From the NCBI RefSeq assembly GCF_016433145.1, contig NC_058132.1, positions 87,738,799 through 87,802,798 on the forward strand: a stretch of 64,000 bases of DNA, written 5' to 3'. Numbering within the stretch: the first letter of the stretch is position 1; each line of letters opens with the position of its first letter. This document shows, in pieces, positions 61,723-64,000 of the stretch. A model generated the notes under the pieces. That model ran no database searches. It saw only the letters and a list, made by a program, of their open reading frames with translations, and was not told the DNA's origin. The stretch is from Gracilinanus agilis (lineage: Eukaryota). The position numbers and the translations under genes were made by a program.

Positions 61723-62972
61723 AGATTTTGGGAGGATTTCTTTGCTCTGCATTCCAGCACTATCAGAGGAAGAGGATAGATAGTGATAAGGTATGAAAAA
61801 CTGATGTAATCTCACAGCACGATGAATTTCTTGGTGATAAGGTCTCCTAGAAACATGTTTATAATGGATGGAGTTCAAAGAGTGTACCTGGTGGGAAATT
61901 TCTTTCCCTTGTCTTCTCCACTAACATGTTTTCATCTATCTTGGAGGAGGTGGCATGATAAGACTGGGAGGAGCCCTGGATTTGGAATTTGACTTAAAAT
62001 TCTACCCTTTTCCATTTAATACCTGTGCCTCATTTGGTTTGGGAAGTCATATCATCTCCTTGGGCTGTTGTTTCCTTATCTGTAAAGAAAACATGTTAAA
62101 CTGGATGACTTTCATAGACTCCTCTTGCTCTAAATCTATAATCCTATCGTTTTTCTTTCTGATTCCTTAATAGAGGCATTCCAGAGAAGTCTATTCTTGA
62201 TCCCCATTTCCTTTTTCCCTACCTTCTCTTCCTTGATAATCTCAATCACCTCCACTAAACTATACTGATAGCATTCAGAAATTTATCTCCAGCATTGACT
62301 CCTTTTTCTAAACTCTTGACCAAAATGATCATGATATTTATAATCTCTCAATCTACCTAAAAAATCCTTCATATTTATGATTTAAATTATAATTTATTTG
62401 TAAATAACTGTGGAGCTGATACTATAGAATACAATTATCCCTCATCTTGCAGATGAGATGGAGGCTCAGGATCATATAATTATGAATAATTATTATTATA
62501 TTATTTTATTTATAATAATCATAATAATTATATCTGGGGCTTAAATTCCTATCTTTTGATTTCAAGCCTGGCACTCTTTATGTATTAAATCATGTTGCCT
62601 ATTATAACTGCCAATAGGATGCCTCCATTTTGTTGTCCCACTGTAAATTCAAACTCATCATATCCCAAAATTTTATTGATTTCTTTTATATTACATTTAT
62701 AGATGACTCCCATTTTATGAGTGCCTTTTCTCTTCAATCTTCCTTAACCTGACTTTGTGAACTATTTTGGTCTACAGCCCCAAGTTGTCATTTGCTTGCA
62801 TGATCTTGGGCAAATCACTTACCTTCTCTTGGCTTTCTGTTCCTTCATCTTGTATGGAGTAAAAAAAAATCAGTAGTCCATTATTCATTATTATGGTTAA
62901 CATTAGGATTAAGGGTAGTAGTGATAATTCCTGATCAATTATTCCTGTAACTCTCCTATACAGATTAGATCA

Positions 62973-63711
62973 TGTAAAAGGAAAAAATTAGGGTTTGGTT
63001 GGACTGAATATTAAAAAGGGTTGGTTGCCAGGAATTGAATAAATATCAATTAAAAATGATTTTTTATCAATTTATTTATAGAATATAGGAGAGAGTGAAA
63101 GTGGAGAAAATCAGAAGAGAGGATAGGGTAAGATAACTAAACTAACACAACTAAGTAATTTGCTCCTCACCTGGCTCAACCCAGGTAGGGCTAATAAGTC
63201 CTCAGCCAGAGAAGCCTCAGCCTTTAGTCAAGGGCCAAGGGCCAAGGGATGAGGGATGAATAAAGCAAAGGCCTCAGTCATGAAGTCTTTCTCAAGAGGA
63301 GAGTCCCTTCAGGAAAAATCCAGGAAGAGTCAGTCTATTTCACTCACCATGCATAGTCCTAAGGGAGAGATTTAAGAACAGTCTCACCAAGATTGAGTCT
63401 TTGCCAGCACTACTCCAGGTCCAGTTTAAGGCGAAGAAGTGAAGAAGAACTCACTCACAGGAAGTTGTCACTCCCTTTTAAAAGCACTTCTTTTGCGTCA
63501 CTTCCTGTGCCTTCCTCTACTTTATATGTATCAATCACAACAAAGGCTTTGCTTAGGACTGCTCAGGGGGCAGTTAGTCAATTCTGATGCATCACCCACT
63601 TTTGCACTCCTGAGTTACAGACTTCTCCCACTTGAAGATTAAGTGGTAGTGTTTACACTTTTGGTGATTTAATCTAAAAATGAGCAGGGTAGGATTAATC
63701 CTATCATCACA
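62973..63711 (-). mobile_element. Probable solo LTR
   Basis: TG...CA termini (tgtaaaag / catcaca); flanks atca and ctca (3 of 4 match); internal tttatt and an ETS/CRE-like gcgtcacttcctg motif. Confidence 0.55.
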
Positions 63712-64000
63712 CTCAGTTTGGCCCTTCAGATAAAAGAGAAAAGAAACCTACCTCTAAATAACAAACAGTAGAGACATCCTCTCCAGAAGTGAATACACCT
63801 TTCCCCCATCCAAGCCCCTTCTTATTTCCTTACTACTTCTTTAAAAGCAGACAGACAAACATCTTTCCTTCTCTTTGTTTTTGATTCTCAATTGACTTGC
63901 AACCAGCATTTCAAGAATTAAGAAAATGAAGCCCTATGGAAAATTGCAGTACAAAGATTCCAATGAGGAGGCCATGGAGTCTAGAAGATACAGTATCTAG

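Noticed and set aside
1-64000. CRISPR arrays, rRNA/tRNA genes, prokaryotic or phage systems
   Set aside because: None seen. The recurring ~180-bp repeats are dispersed tRNA-derived SINEs with TSDs, not spaced direct repeats or tRNA genes.

Overview
Eukaryotic (marsupial) genomic DNA, very probably opossum Monodelphis domestica, judged from young SINE1_Mdo-type SINEs, L1_Mdo-type 5' ends and MAR1 SINEs. It is a segment of the class I olfactory receptor cluster corresponding to human 11p15.4, read in the opposite orientation. Four co-oriented + strand genes are supported: OR52H1 (4911-5858); a divergent, CpG-rich intact OR52-family gene at the position of the human OR52V1P pseudogene (20225-21223); an apparently intact 7-exon OLFM4 paralogue, OLFM5 (28643-36716, 515 aa, a pseudogene in human); and UBQLNL (40546-42312, 588 aa, with the C-terminal UBA domain that the human protein lacks). 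The rest is mostly LINE (L1, L2, CR1/L3), SINE, solo LTR, hAT MITE and microsatellite sequence, plus three N gaps. Most notable observations: intact OLFM5 with extra introns and a competing splice donor, an intragenic CpG island in an OR gene, two TSD-flanked L1 insertions containing only the L1 5' end, and no UBQLN3 where synteny predicts it. There is no CRISPR, rRNA or tRNA gene and no sign of a new multi-gene system. Gene names and human comparisons come from recalled sequences, not database searches. Repeat boundaries are approximate unless TSDs are quoted.
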